NCBI GenBank assembly: GCA_963707365.1 | Contig: CAVPPI010000009.1 | Span: 129,778-193,777, forward strand | Direction: 5' to 3' | Source of the DNA: an uncultured candidate division Zixibacteria bacterium | GTDB lineage: Bacteria > Zixibacteria > MSB-5A5 > GN15 > FEB-12 | DNA length: 64,000 bases | Shown here: one piece after another, positions 18,868 through 28,885 of the stretch | Layout of the letters: every line of letters begins with the position of its first letter | How positions within the stretch are numbered: the stretch's first letter is position 1 | Translations under genes and position numbers: made by a program | The notes under the pieces: model-generated | Databases searched by the model: none | Told to the model about the DNA's origin: nothing | Seen by the model: only the letters and a program-made list of their open reading frames with translations

Positions 18868-20313
18868 ATGCTGCGTTTTGCCATTGTCATAGTCATACTG
18901 CTGCTGTCGATTCCGTGTCAGGCATCCGATTACCGTTACTATTTCGGAATCAAGGGTGGTGTTTCGAGCATAACGGGTGGTGACGGATACAAATTCCCTC
19001 TGAGCAAGAGTCTCGGCGGCAGCGCCGGACTCCGTCTCTCGGATAAATGGAATCTGGAAATCGATTTTACGACACACCGCAATTATAACGACAGCACGGC
19101 AACCTCCAGTTTTACGTTCAGCGGAGATGAGGTCAATGCGACGCTGAAATGGAAAGCTACCCGACTGGGTGTTTCTGTCAATCATCTTCTGTTCGGTTCG
19201 GATAATCTCCTGAATATGCACGTGGGTGTGGGTGGCGGGCTGATGGTGTGGAAGATGGTGGAGCCGGTTGGTGATACCGTAATTGACGTCTTGGGGGTTC
19301 ATGATGAACGAGTCGACTATGCTGCAACGGAGATTTTCCTGTCGGCCCGAACGGGCTTTGATCTGGCGCTATCATCGAAGTGGTCACTGTGCTGGGATAT
19401 TCAGGCCGACATGCTGACCGGCGCCGGCGCCGAATTTGAATCGGCCGTCAAAGACTCTCGCGATATATGGCAGGTAGGGTCCCTGCTGTCTGTGAGATTT
19501 TTGTTCGGGGGCGGATCATCCGGACAATGGAAATCGAATCGTACCTGGTCACAGGCGGCTGTCCAGACCGGTGACTCTCCCCGGCAGGAGGCGCTCGACG
19601 GAGATGGTGATGGTGTGCCGGACGAACTGGACAGATGCCTTGACACGCCACTTGGAGTTATTGTAGATAAAACCGGATGCGCTCTGGATTCGGATGCCGA
19701 TGGGGTCAGTGACGGTCTCGATGACTGCCCCGGTACTGACAGGCGTGCGGTCGGGATGGTTGACATATACGGATGTCCGGTTGACTCGGATTTCGACGGC
19801 GTCCCGGACTATCTGGACAGGTGTCCTTTCAACCGGGTGGGGGCCCACGTTGACACCAGCGGCTGCCCTATAGACACTGATGCCGATGGTGTCCCCGACG
19901 GATTGGATGACTGCCCCTACACGTTGTACGGCGTTGATGTTGACCAGTTCGGTTGTATTGACCTCGCGGATTTTTCCCGTCCGATGGTGTTGAATATCGA
20001 TTATCCGCCGGGCTCGTTCGAGGTTGACCCGAACAACCAGGAACGGCTTAAGCAATTGGCGCGCGTCCTCAATTTCGTCCCTGAAATCAGGCTTGAAGTC
20101 AGCGGGTACACGGATAATATCGGCACCGATGTAGCCAACCATAAGCTATCGGAAAAGCGCGCCAATCGCGTCCGTGACTATCTGGTAATGCACGGCGTCG
20201 ATACGGCGCGCATTAAAGTGTTCGGGAAAGGTGAGACCAATTTCGTAGCTTCGAACGACACCGCCGATGGTCGCGCAAAAAACAGACGCATCGAGATTAT
20301 ATTTTATAAGTAG
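18868..20313 (+). CDS. OmpA-family outer membrane protein (beta-barrel, thrombospondin type-3 repeats, PG-binding domain)
   Basis: DxDxDGVxDxLDxC repeats; GYTDNIG, LSEKRA, NRRIE; alternative start TTG 18859. Confidence 0.92.
   Translation: MLRFAIVIVILLLSIPCQASDYRYYFGIKGGVSSITGGDGYKFPLSKSLGGSAGLRLSDKWNLEIDFTTHRNYNDSTATSSFTFSGDEVNATLKWKATRLGVSVNHLLFGSDNLLNMHVGVGGGLMVWKMVEPVGDTVIDVLGVHDERVDYAATEIFLSARTGFDLALSSKWSLCWDIQADMLTGAGAEFESAVKDSRDIWQVGSLLSVRFLFGGGSSGQWKSNRTWSQAAVQTGDSPRQEALDGDGDGVPDELDRCLDTPLGVIVDKTGCALDSDADGVSDGLDDCPGTDRRAVGMVDIYGCPVDSDFDGVPDYLDRCPFNRVGAHVDTSGCPIDTDADGVPDGLDDCPYTLYGVDVDQFGCIDLADFSRPMVLNIDYPPGSFEVDPNNQERLKQLARVLNFVPEIRLEVSGYTDNIGTDVANHKLSEKRANRVRDYLVMHGVDTARIKVFGKGETNFVASNDTADGRAKNRRIEIIFYK
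19597..19958 (+). repeat. Four coding TSP3 Ca-binding repeats inside the OmpA gene
   Basis: DGDGDGVPDELDRC, DSDADGVSDGLDDC, DSDFDGVPDYLDRC, DTDADGVPDGLDDC. Confidence 0.85.
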
Positions 20314-20336
20314 AATCTTTTCCCGTCTTGAGAAAT

Positions 20337-20915
20337 ATGGACAAGTATTTTGATTACGATAACCCCCTGAGTGAACGCCGTCGCAACAAGTACGCGGTAG
20401 TTGTGTTTCTGCCGCAGGCACTGCACGAGATAGTGGCGCCTCTGCGCGAAAGATTCGATCCTCTTTACAATCTGGTGGCACCCCATATAACGCTCGTATT
20501 CCCTTTTGAAACCAACCGGCCGCTCGATGAACTGACCAACCAGATAAAATCGGAGACGGAAAACCAGAAATCGTTTCTGGTTCAGCTTGAGAGTATCGGC
20601 GATTTCTATCCGGACTCTCCCACTGTTTACTGGAATGTGACCAGAAACGACCAACTCAGCGAACTGTACTATCGCTTGTATGTCAGACTGGGAATGCCGA
20701 TACCGAAGAAGCAGTATCTACCACACGTCACCGTAGCCCGTGAGATATCGCAACACCGGCTGATAGTCGTTAAGGAAGAATTAGCGTCCTATCTACCGAA
20801 GGAGAAGTTCTATGCCGGGTCTATTGATCTGGTGACGCCCCTGGTGAATGATCGCTGGGTATCCGTGAGGACTTTTCCCTTCAAGGGCTTCGCCGCCAAT
20901 CCTCCCATGGCATAA
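20337..20915 (+). CDS. 2H phosphoesterase / 2'-5' RNA ligase family protein
   Basis: Two HxT motifs (PHITL, PHVTV); alternative start TTG 20328. Confidence 0.88.
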   Translation: MDKYFDYDNPLSERRRNKYAVVVFLPQALHEIVAPLRERFDPLYNLVAPHITLVFPFETNRPLDELTNQIKSETENQKSFLVQLESIGDFYPDSPTVYWNVTRNDQLSELYYRLYVRLGMPIPKKQYLPHVTVAREISQHRLIVVKEELASYLPKEKFYAGSIDLVTPLVNDRWVSVRTFPFKGFAANPPMA

Positions 20916-20937
20916 AAAAAGCGGCCCGAAGGCCGCT
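20914..20937 (-). terminator. Intrinsic terminator for the cytochrome c gene
   Basis: Minus strand agcggcc-ttcg-ggccgc followed by T7. Confidence 0.8.
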
Positions 20938-20973
20938 CTAATAATCAAATGAATACTTGTTACGCCAGTGAGC

Positions 20974-21502
20974 TTATTCCTCGAAAGCGTGCACTTTGCC
21001 TTTGGAAGCTTCAAAGTCGAACGGCTTGAAGTTCGGGTTGCCTTCTTCTTTGTGGCACTGGGTGGCAGTTTTCGGCGGTCGGATAGACAAGACCGGCATC
21101 CATAGCCATCTTCTTGTAGGCTTCCGGATCGCCTTTCCATTTGGATTTGCTCATGATCTTGGGCGACTTATACGCCGACCCGGCGCCATGGCAAGCTTCG
21201 CACTCCACGCCTCCAAGGACTGTACCGTCGGCCAACTTACCGGTCATATGGCAAGTAACGCACTCCGGTTTTGCTTTCTCCTCGTCGGAGAGAACATCCC
21301 AGGCTTTGGCATGAGTAGTCTCCTGCCATGAGGTGAACTGAGCCTTGTGACAGACTTTAGCACACTTCTCAGCGCCGACAAATTCGTTTGCGGCACCTTC
21401 CTTGGCCTCGGTTTTGGTCTCTTCGCCGGCCATGGCGAACATGGCTGTGAAGGCCAGAAGCGCGAAACCTAACAGGGCAATAACCATTAACTTACGCATC
21501 AT
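20974..21502 (-). CDS. Periplasmic tetraheme cytochrome c (c554-like); one +1 frameshift as assembled
   Basis: Signal peptide; CAKVCH, CVTCH, CEACH. Removing one base at ~21064 restores CTQCH...KVHAFEE* ending at 20974. Confidence 0.85.
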
Positions 21503-21647
21503 ACTACCTCTTTGAAGTTATTTGTTAACCCTTATACAATTTGTTTTGGTTTCAGGTTCGTAACTGCCAAAAAATATTGAGCATTTGTAACGTAGTCAAG
21601 CGTTTAAAAGAAAAATATTCAAAAAGGCAGGGGCGGGCAAAAAAATC

Positions 21648-21676
21648 TTGCCTAAACCGGTAAATAATGGTAGACT
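21648..21676 (+). promoter_or_regulatory. Putative sigma70 promoter
   Basis: TTGCCT-17 nt-TAGACT with an extended -10 TG. Confidence 0.5.
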
Positions 21677-21692
21677 TACAGTCTGTGGGCCT

Positions 21693-22904
21693 ATGAAGAT
21701 TCTTATTATCACTCAGCATTTCCCTCCCGAGAGGGGAGCGGTAAGACGTCTATTTGAATTCGCCCGGTACTTTGTACGAAGAGGTCACCAGGTATCGGTT
21801 CTCACAGCTATGCCCAATTATCCGGATGGAATCGTGCCGCCCAAGTACCGCGGGCGTTTCTTCTATTACGAGGAAATGGATGGCGTTAAGGTCTACCGGA
21901 GTTGGGTGTTGCCGGCTTCCAACAATCAGCCCACCAAACGGATGATTGGGTTTATCACCTTTCTGGTGACATCCGTTATCAATTCTTTCAGGATAAAAGA
22001 GAAAAGCGATATTCTCATTGCTTCTTCCCCGCCGGTCAGCACTCCGGTGATTGGTTACCTGCTCAGCAGAATCAGAAAATGTAAATTTGTCCTTGAGATT
22101 CGCGACCTGCAGCCGGAATCGAGTGAAGATTTCGGAAACCTCAGCCGTTCGCCTTTCACGCGTTTGCTCAAGAAGATGATGCACCATCTGTATCGCAAGG
22201 CTGATGCGGTGGTTCCGGTCACTCAGGGTATCACTGATTACCTTCTGGGCCTGGGACTGGATGATTCGAAAGTTACCACGGTTAAGTCGGGGGTAAGCCG
22301 TGAATTTATAGATTCCGACTCCAATGGTATTCGCAAAAAATTCGGGCTGGAAGAGAAGTTTCTTGTCATTTATGCCGGTACTCTGGGATGGGCCCACTCC
22401 CTGGAGACTCTTATCGAGGCGGCACGACAGTTGACCGACCAGCCCGACATCTATTTTGCCTTCATCGGTGACGGCCAGAAGAAGAAAGTCCTCGAGGGGA
22501 TGGTACGTGATTACGGTCTTAAAAATGTCGGATTCTTCGGCCTTCAACCTCTGGACACAATCCCTTATTTCCTTCGCGCCGGTGATGTTTTGGTTCACAG
22601 CATGAAGGATGTACCGGTGACCAAGGGATCACTGCCAAGCAAGCTCTTTGAGTACATGGCCTCCGGAAAGCCGATCATCTATGGTTCTTCCGGTGGTGAG
22701 GCGGTTACGGAACTCGAGAGAGCCGGAGGAGCGCTTTCGTTTCAGGCGGACGATGCTGACCGTCTGTGCCAGTTAATTCTCGCAATCAAAACAGGCGAGA
22801 TTGACGGCGTAGCGCTTGGCAAGAAATATCACGAGCATATTAACCGCAATCACTGCCGTGAAAAGTGGGCTGAAAAATATCTCTCTTTCCTTGACAGCGT
22901 CTGA
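21693..22904 (+). CDS. Glycosyltransferase family 4 (WbuB-like)
   Basis: MKILIITQHFPPE, PNYP, IYAGTLG, PSKLFEYMASGKP. Confidence 0.92.
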   Translation: MKILIITQHFPPERGAVRRLFEFARYFVRRGHQVSVLTAMPNYPDGIVPPKYRGRFFYYEEMDGVKVYRSWVLPASNNQPTKRMIGFITFLVTSVINSFRIKEKSDILIASSPPVSTPVIGYLLSRIRKCKFVLEIRDLQPESSEDFGNLSRSPFTRLLKKMMHHLYRKADAVVPVTQGITDYLLGLGLDDSKVTTVKSGVSREFIDSDSNGIRKKFGLEEKFLVIYAGTLGWAHSLETLIEAARQLTDQPDIYFAFIGDGQKKKVLEGMVRDYGLKNVGFFGLQPLDTIPYFLRAGDVLVHSMKDVPVTKGSLPSKLFEYMASGKPIIYGSSGGEAVTELERAGGALSFQADDADRLCQLILAIKTGEIDGVALGKKYHEHINRNHCREKWAEKYLSFLDSV

Positions 22905-23116
22905 ACCACCAGAAGCTTTTGATCATTCCTGTTCTATTTATCCACCCTCTCATTAAGTGATTGATAGTAAACAACTAAGCATATCTTTGCTTTTGTTGGC
23001 CGACCGTTGTCCGGGCGGCAAAATCGGTTGCTATTTGACCCGTAATTGTGTTATAGTTAGTACTTTACGTGACCTTTACCGACCACTGATTCCTGAAATC
23101 TGGCGGGGAGACTAAT

Positions 23117-24227
23117 TTGACGACTCGAAAAATGAAACTTGTCCTGATTGTTGGTGCTCGACCCAATTTTATGAAATCCGCGCCGATTTTGACTCAGCTT
23201 CAAAAGCATCCGCAGTTGTTTGAGGCGGTTCTAATACATACCGGGCAACACTATGATCACAATTTGTCCCAATTGTTTTTCGATCAATTGAAGATGCCAA
23301 AACCCGATATCTATCTGGGAGTTGGCTCCGGGACACATGCCGAGCAAACCGGTAAGATCATGGTTGAATTGGAGAGGGAATTGCTCCAACTACAGCCGGA
23401 CCTGGTGGTGGTTTTCGGCGATGTAAATTCGACTATTGCTGCCGCGATTGTCGCGGCCAAGCTGAACATAAGACTGGCTCACGTCGAGGCGGGACTGAGA
23501 AGTTTCGATAATAGAATGCCAGAAGAAATAAACCGGATAGTAACCGACAGACTTTCGGACTATTTGTTTGTGACCGAAGATGCCGGGATGGTAAATCTTG
23601 AGAACGAAGGCGTACCCGGCGAGAAGGTTTTTTACACCGGAAACATTATGATCGACTCGCTCGTGGCTCACCTCGAAGGCAGCTCGTGATTGTGACATAT
23701 TGGAGAAACTGACCCTGGAGCCAAAGAGCTACGTGGCCATGACCATGCATCGGCCATCCAACGTAGATGACCCTGAAACTCTCCAGAGGCTCATGTCGTG
23801 TATTGGGGAAATAAGCAAGCGACTGCCGGTTATTTTTCCCTGTCACCCTCGCACCCGCGCCCGGATTGAGCAGTTCGGCTTCGACCAGGGCTCCGGCACC
23901 AAAGATTTCCGCCTGATTGAACCGCTCGGCTATCTCGACTTTCTCAAACTTCAGTCGGAGGCGCGCATAGTGCTTACCGACAGTGGCGGTATTCAGGAGG
24001 AGACAACCTATCTTGGGATCCCCTGCATTACCGTCCGCGAGAATACCGAGCTTCTGGCAACTGTTGAACTCGGCACCAATACTCTTTGCGGGACCGATCC
24101 CGCTTGCATTCTGGCGGTCGTGGATGACAATCTCAACGGTAAAGGCAAAAAGGGACGGATTCCGGAGTTGTGGGATGGTCATAGCGCCGGGCGAATTGTA
24201 GATGTTCTTCGAGAGAAGCTGTTTTAA
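23117..24227 (+). CDS. wecB: UDP-N-acetylglucosamine 2-epimerase (non-hydrolysing); one +1 frameshift near 23678 as assembled
   Basis: VGARPNFMK, HTGQHY, HVEAGLRS, MPEEINR in the first piece; HRPSNVD, TDSGGIQEE in the second; the pieces join as LE-AARDCDILEKL. Confidence 0.9.
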
Positions 24228-24352
24228 GACCGGCAGTGCTTCGGCGGTAATATCCGGGGGCGACTACTCTTAAAATCGGCTCTAATCCGTTTGCTTTATC
24301 GAGGCAATTACCTATATTGGGCGAGAGCTAAAAGTAAATTCGAGGAAACGAT

Positions 24353-25780
24353 ATGTCTAAACCGGTCAGCGCCTTAGCCGAATCAGAGAAAATAACGATA
24401 GCGGACCTTCCCGCTCTTTTGCTTGGTGCCAATACTACCGTGCCGACCCTGCACGGTCCCATGAAGTATATCAATTTCGACAACGCTGCTTCCACACCGA
24501 CGTTCTCGCATATCGCCGAATCGGTGACTTCGTTTTTGCGCTGGTATTCCAACGTTCACCGCGGTACCGGTTTCAAATCACAGTTATCGAGCTGGGCTTT
24601 TGAACAGTCGCGAGATGTTGTGACCGACTTTGTGGGCGCCGACTTGAGCAAACAGGTGGTTATCTTCACGAAAAACTCCACCGAGGCAATCAACAAACTC
24701 GCTAATCGGTTACCGTTGGAAAAGAAGGACATCGTTCTAACGACACTGATGGAACATCACTCCAATGAACTCCCCTGGCGAAGGGTGGCACAGGTTGAAC
24801 ATATTGGTCTTAAGGACGACGGTACGATTTCGACCGATGATTTTCTCGCAAAGCTGAAACAGTACGGGTCAAGAATTAAGCTGGTCGCTATCACGGGGGC
24901 ATCCAATGTAACCGGTTATATCAACGATATTGATTTCTTCGCCTGTGAAACACACAAGATAGGCGCTAAGATACTGGTCGACGCTGCCCAGTTGGCGCCT
25001 CATCGTCCGATTGACATGAAAGCGAACGACAAAGCCTGTATGATAGACTATCTCGTTTTCTCCGCACACAAAGTTTATGCACCCTTTGGGGTAGGCGTGC
25101 TGATCGGGGAGCGGGAAACGTTCGAGCAGGGTGACCCGGAAGAAGTTGGCGGCGGTGTCGTGGATATCGTCACTCTCGAAGATGCCTACTGGACGGACCT
25201 TCCCGAGAAAGAAGAAGCCGGCACGCCGGATATTATCGGTGTTGTGGCGCTGGCCAAAGTTATCCGGATGATTCAGTCGATCGGGTGGGATGAAATCATT
25301 CGTCATGAGGCGGAACTGACGGCGTATGCTCTGAAAAAACTGAAAGAAATTCCTTCGGTATCGATCTATGGCGATACGAATCCTGACAGAGCGCACGAGA
25401 GGCTGGGTGTTATTTCACTAAACGTAGGTGACCTTCCCCACGCCCTGGTGGCGGCTATCCTGAGTTACGAAGGAGCCATCGGTGTGCGTTCGGGATGTTT
25501 CTGTGCCCACCTGTACGTCAAATCGCTGTTGAAAGTCAGCGATGAAGACTCGAAGGTGCTGGAGGACGAGATTCTTGCCCGCGACCGTTCCCATCTGCCG
25601 GGGACAATCCGCATGTCGTTCGGCATTTACAATACCAAAGAGGAGATCGATCGTTTTCTCGAGATGATAAGAAAGATAGCGACCGGTGATTACTTTAAGG
25701 AGTATGTCCTCAACAAAGAAAAGGGTGAATATTCTCCGAAGGGTTTTGAACTGGATTTTCAGCAGTATTACAAACTCTGA
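24353..25780 (+). CDS. Class V PLP aminotransferase, cysteine desulfurase (SufS-like)
   Basis: FDNAAST, EHHSN, DAAQ, SAHK, RSGCFCA. Confidence 0.88.
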   Translation: MSKPVSALAESEKITIADLPALLLGANTTVPTLHGPMKYINFDNAASTPTFSHIAESVTSFLRWYSNVHRGTGFKSQLSSWAFEQSRDVVTDFVGADLSKQVVIFTKNSTEAINKLANRLPLEKKDIVLTTLMEHHSNELPWRRVAQVEHIGLKDDGTISTDDFLAKLKQYGSRIKLVAITGASNVTGYINDIDFFACETHKIGAKILVDAAQLAPHRPIDMKANDKACMIDYLVFSAHKVYAPFGVGVLIGERETFEQGDPEEVGGGVVDIVTLEDAYWTDLPEKEEAGTPDIIGVVALAKVIRMIQSIGWDEIIRHEAELTAYALKKLKEIPSVSIYGDTNPDRAHERLGVISLNVGDLPHALVAAILSYEGAIGVRSGCFCAHLYVKSLLKVSDEDSKVLEDEILARDRSHLPGTIRMSFGIYNTKEEIDRFLEMIRKIATGDYFKEYVLNKEKGEYSPKGFELDFQQYYKL

Positions 25781-25804
25781 TTAGTAATTCGACATAAAAG
25801 CAGC

Positions 25805-25827
25805 AAAGGCGCCCTCGTGGCGCCTTT
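25805..25827. terminator. Bidirectional terminator between convergent genes
   Basis: aaaggcgcc/ggcgccttt stem. Confidence 0.7.
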
Positions 25828-25828
25828 C

Positions 25829-26599
25829 TTATTTGGTGTTCATCGCGGCGATAAGCCGGAGACCTTCAAGCGTGAGATTCGGTTCTATCAGTTTGATGTG
25901 TTTTGAGTATTTGTCGATACTGCGCGAGAAGCCTCCCGTGCCGACAACCCGACAATTTTCGAACCCGGTTTCTTCTATGATTTTGTCAACCAGGTAGTCT
26001 ACCTGTCCGATTGTCCCGTAGAACAGACCTGACTTGAGCGCTCCGGCGGTCGATTTCCCCACTACGGAATCCGGAGGTTCAATGCGGACCTCAAAAAGAC
26101 GGGCGGCCCTTTTGGCAAGCTCCGCCATGGAGGTCTCCGGTCCGGGCAGGAGTATTCCTCCGATATAAGCAGCCTTCTCGTTGATGATATCGAAATTGGT
26201 TGCGGTGCCGAAATCGACGATTATGACCGGCCCTCCGAATTTAGTAAAACCGGCCACAGCGTTGGCAATTCGGTCCGCCCCAACCTGATCGGGCTGATCG
26301 ATTTCAACTGTGACTGGCAGTTTCAATTTGTGGGAGACAATAATTGGAAGGCATCCAAGATGTTTCTTCGAGGTGTACTCAAACGTGGTGGTTAATGGCG
26401 GCACGACGGAACTAACGATGACAACCTCTATATCCTCCCCCGATAAATGCATCCTCTCCAGCCACCCGGTAATCATAAAGCCGGCTTCATCGGCAGTCAT
26501 GTTTTGTCTGGTGGATATGCTGAAACGGTCTTTCAGGGTAGTGTTCTCGAAAAGACCGATCACGATGGTGGTGTTGCCGATGTCTATAGCCAGAAGCAT
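25829..26599 (-). CDS. coaX: Type III pantothenate kinase
   Basis: AIDIGNT, SSVVP, GADR, VDFGTAT, TGG, LTLEGL. Confidence 0.96.
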   Translation of the reverse strand: MLLAIDIGNTTIVIGLFENTTLKDRFSISTRQNMTADEAGFMITGWLERMHLSGEDIEVVIVSSVVPPLTTTFEYTSKKHLGCLPIIVSHKLKLPVTVEIDQPDQVGADRIANAVAGFTKFGGPVIIVDFGTATNFDIINEKAAYIGGILLPGPETSMAELAKRAARLFEVRIEPPDSVVGKSTAGALKSGLFYGTIGQVDYLVDKIIEETGFENCRVVGTGGFSRSIDKYSKHIKLIEPNLTLEGLRLIAAMNTK

Positions 26600-26666
26600 A
26601 GGGGAATATAGCCGTTATACCTGTCAGTCGTCAAGCCAATGCCGCTACCGGTTCTATAATCTTGTC

Positions 26667-26969
26667 TTAATTTATTGACGGGCCACCGGCCTGAGGGGGC
26701 TGGGAAGCAATGTCGCGGTTGATTTTCTCGGCCGATTTGTAGGCATCGTACATGCCAAAAATAAATAATACCGGAGTGCTGATAATCCCGATGGGCAAGA
26801 GTATGATTGAGGCGATAAACAGCCATGAGATACTATAGGCGACAATGAAAAGTATCCCTTTGGCGATTTGGCCGTTGTAAATCTGCCCCAGGCCCATCCA
26901 GAAAAACGACAGCACCGCGGCAAGACCGGGATTTTTAAAAAATCGAGGTGGAGGTTGATAGGTCATCAT
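26667..26969 (-). CDS. Small TM2-like membrane protein
   Basis: KNPGLAAVLSF..GLGQIYNGQ..KG motif. Confidence 0.8.
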   Translation of the reverse strand: MMTYQPPPRFFKNPGLAAVLSFFWMGLGQIYNGQIAKGILFIVAYSISWLFIASIILLPIGIISTPVLFIFGMYDAYKSAEKINRDIASQPPQAGGPSIN

Positions 26970-27095
26970 TTACTCCCGCGCGCAAAGGTTTTCGATACCT
27001 GCTTATAATACTACGAGGCATAGGCTTAATTCAACGCCTTTTTGAACTATTTTCGGTCTGAATATTATCCGCCACCGGGCCGATAATCATAAGTA

Positions 27096-27629
27096 ATGAG
27101 ATTCTCAGCGCTAAATTGCCTGGCCCTGGCCTTTTTCGTTCAACTGCTTGCGGGTTGTTCAAACAGGATGGACACAGTAAAGGCCCGATACATGGGACCT
27201 GACCCGCGGGTGGGGCCGGTCGTTTCGACAGGTGCGAGGTTATCACCACAGGCAAATGATTGGCTCGAAGAAGCGCTGGCGCTGTATGAAGACGGCAAGT
27301 TTGACAGTTGTTATCAGGTGCTCGAAAAGCAAATTTCTCACGACCCGTCCTCGTGGCAGGCGTACTACTTGAAAGGACGGATAGAGACTTACAAAGACGA
27401 GTTCGAAAAGTCTCTCAGGAGCCTGCGGCTTGCCCTGCAATTTTGCCCGGACGACACAAGAAGCCGGGCCATGGTGTATCTGGCGCTGGCGCAATGCCAT
27501 GAAAAGAGTGGAGATACCGCCCGGGCACAGCAGAATTTTGTCACTGCCCTAAATCTCGATCCGGAATCGGAGCAGGCGCGCAGAGGAGTGGAGCGCCTCA
27601 AACCGATGACCAGCATTGAGCGCAAATAA
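27096..27629 (+). CDS. TPR lipoprotein
   Basis: LLAGC lipobox; TPR helices (A..L...G; AL.L.P). Confidence 0.85.
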   Translation: MRFSALNCLALAFFVQLLAGCSNRMDTVKARYMGPDPRVGPVVSTGARLSPQANDWLEEALALYEDGKFDSCYQVLEKQISHDPSSWQAYYLKGRIETYKDEFEKSLRSLRLALQFCPDDTRSRAMVYLALAQCHEKSGDTARAQQNFVTALNLDPESEQARRGVERLKPMTSIERK

Positions 27630-27670
27630 AATAGTATCGCCCAAACTGACCTTTTTCTTATATTGCATTC

Positions 27671-28345
27671 ATGGACAGCAAGCATCCCACCTACCGTCTT
27701 GGCCCCGATTTCAACCTAAAGCTGGATAAGTTCGTTAAGGATTTTATCGCTGCGGGATTTACTACTTTTTCCGAGGAATTTGACCGTATTGAGGGCTTCG
27801 TTCAACGCGCCGGGGATGACCGGGGGCGTGACGACAGCGACCTCAGGCAAACTAAAAAGGAAAAGTATCTCCTTGAAATGGTCGCCTTTAAGATATACGA
27901 CGAGCTTAACCGGGAGAAATTCAACAAGTCCAAAAACACACTCGTAATCATGCCCGATTGTCTGTCTATCCACGATAAAGAGTGCGAGAAAGTGGAAAAG
28001 GAGTATGGTTCTTTCTGCAAAAGATGTCTCCCGACCTGCCAGGCATACCAGATCGGCGATCTGGCAGGCAAGTACGGCCTTAAGATCGCGTTTTCCAAGC
28101 GCAAGCTGACCGAGCAGATTGAGTATTTTGCCGGGAAGATGGAAGACCTGAGCGTTATCGGTATTGCCTGTGTGATGATGCTCGCTTCGGGCATGCGTAC
28201 TGCGGCCGAGGTCGGTGTGCCGGCGCGCGGGGTGCTTCTGAATTTCACCGGTTGCGAACACTGGAATGATGAACCGTTCGCATCCGAGTTTGCCTTTTCG
28301 TCGCTAAAAGCGATTCTGGAGGAGAAATATGGTCCGCGAGATTAG
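27671..28345 (+). CDS. DUF116-family Cys-rich protein
   Basis: MPDCL, CKRC..C.I..L, IGIAC, GVLL...GC pattern. Confidence 0.75.
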   Translation: MDSKHPTYRLGPDFNLKLDKFVKDFIAAGFTTFSEEFDRIEGFVQRAGDDRGRDDSDLRQTKKEKYLLEMVAFKIYDELNREKFNKSKNTLVIMPDCLSIHDKECEKVEKEYGSFCKRCLPTCQAYQIGDLAGKYGLKIAFSKRKLTEQIEYFAGKMEDLSVIGIACVMMLASGMRTAAEVGVPARGVLLNFTGCEHWNDEPFASEFAFSSLKAILEEKYGPRD

Positions 28346-28763
28346 AGAACTGTCGATCGAAGATTACGATGAAATCATTCGCATCTGGTCCATTGCCGGC
28401 CTGCCCTATAAGCCAAAAGGACGTGACAGCCGTGAAATGATGGCCAGAGAGATGGGTTACCCCATTTGTGCCTTCTTTGGTCTTTTCGAAGACGGCAACA
28501 TGATGGGCGTGGTCATAGCGAATTTTGACGGCCGCCGGGGCTGGATAAATCGGCTGGCCATCGACCCTGATTTCCGTGGACGCGGACTGGCCGGAGAACT
28601 GATAGCGCAAGCCGAGGAATTCCTGCGCGAAAAAGGGGCGGTGGTGATTTGTGCCTTGATAGAAGAAATCAATTACCCGTCCATCTCGTGTTTTCAGAGT
28701 CACGGGTATAACTGCGAACACAATATCAAGTATTTCACCAAAAGGCCATCTCCCGACGCCTGA
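28329..28763 (+). CDS. GNAT N-acetyltransferase
   Basis: DGRRGWINRLAIDPDFRGRGLA. Confidence 0.9.
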   Translation: MVREIRELSIEDYDEIIRIWSIAGLPYKPKGRDSREMMAREMGYPICAFFGLFEDGNMMGVVIANFDGRRGWINRLAIDPDFRGRGLAGELIAQAEEFLREKGAVVICALIEEINYPSISCFQSHGYNCEHNIKYFTKRPSPDA

Positions 28764-28885
28764 CAACAAAGACTTTTTTGGCCTATTCTGCATGTTTTTT
28801 TTCAATCAGGCTTGCGTCAGGAATCCGATTTTTATAAACTGAATTTATAATCAACTAAACTACCATAAGGATTGGAGTTGTTCGC

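Noticed and set aside
23687-23689. Selenocysteine or stop readthrough at the TGA in wecB
   Set aside because: The continuation is in a different frame, so this is a frameshift
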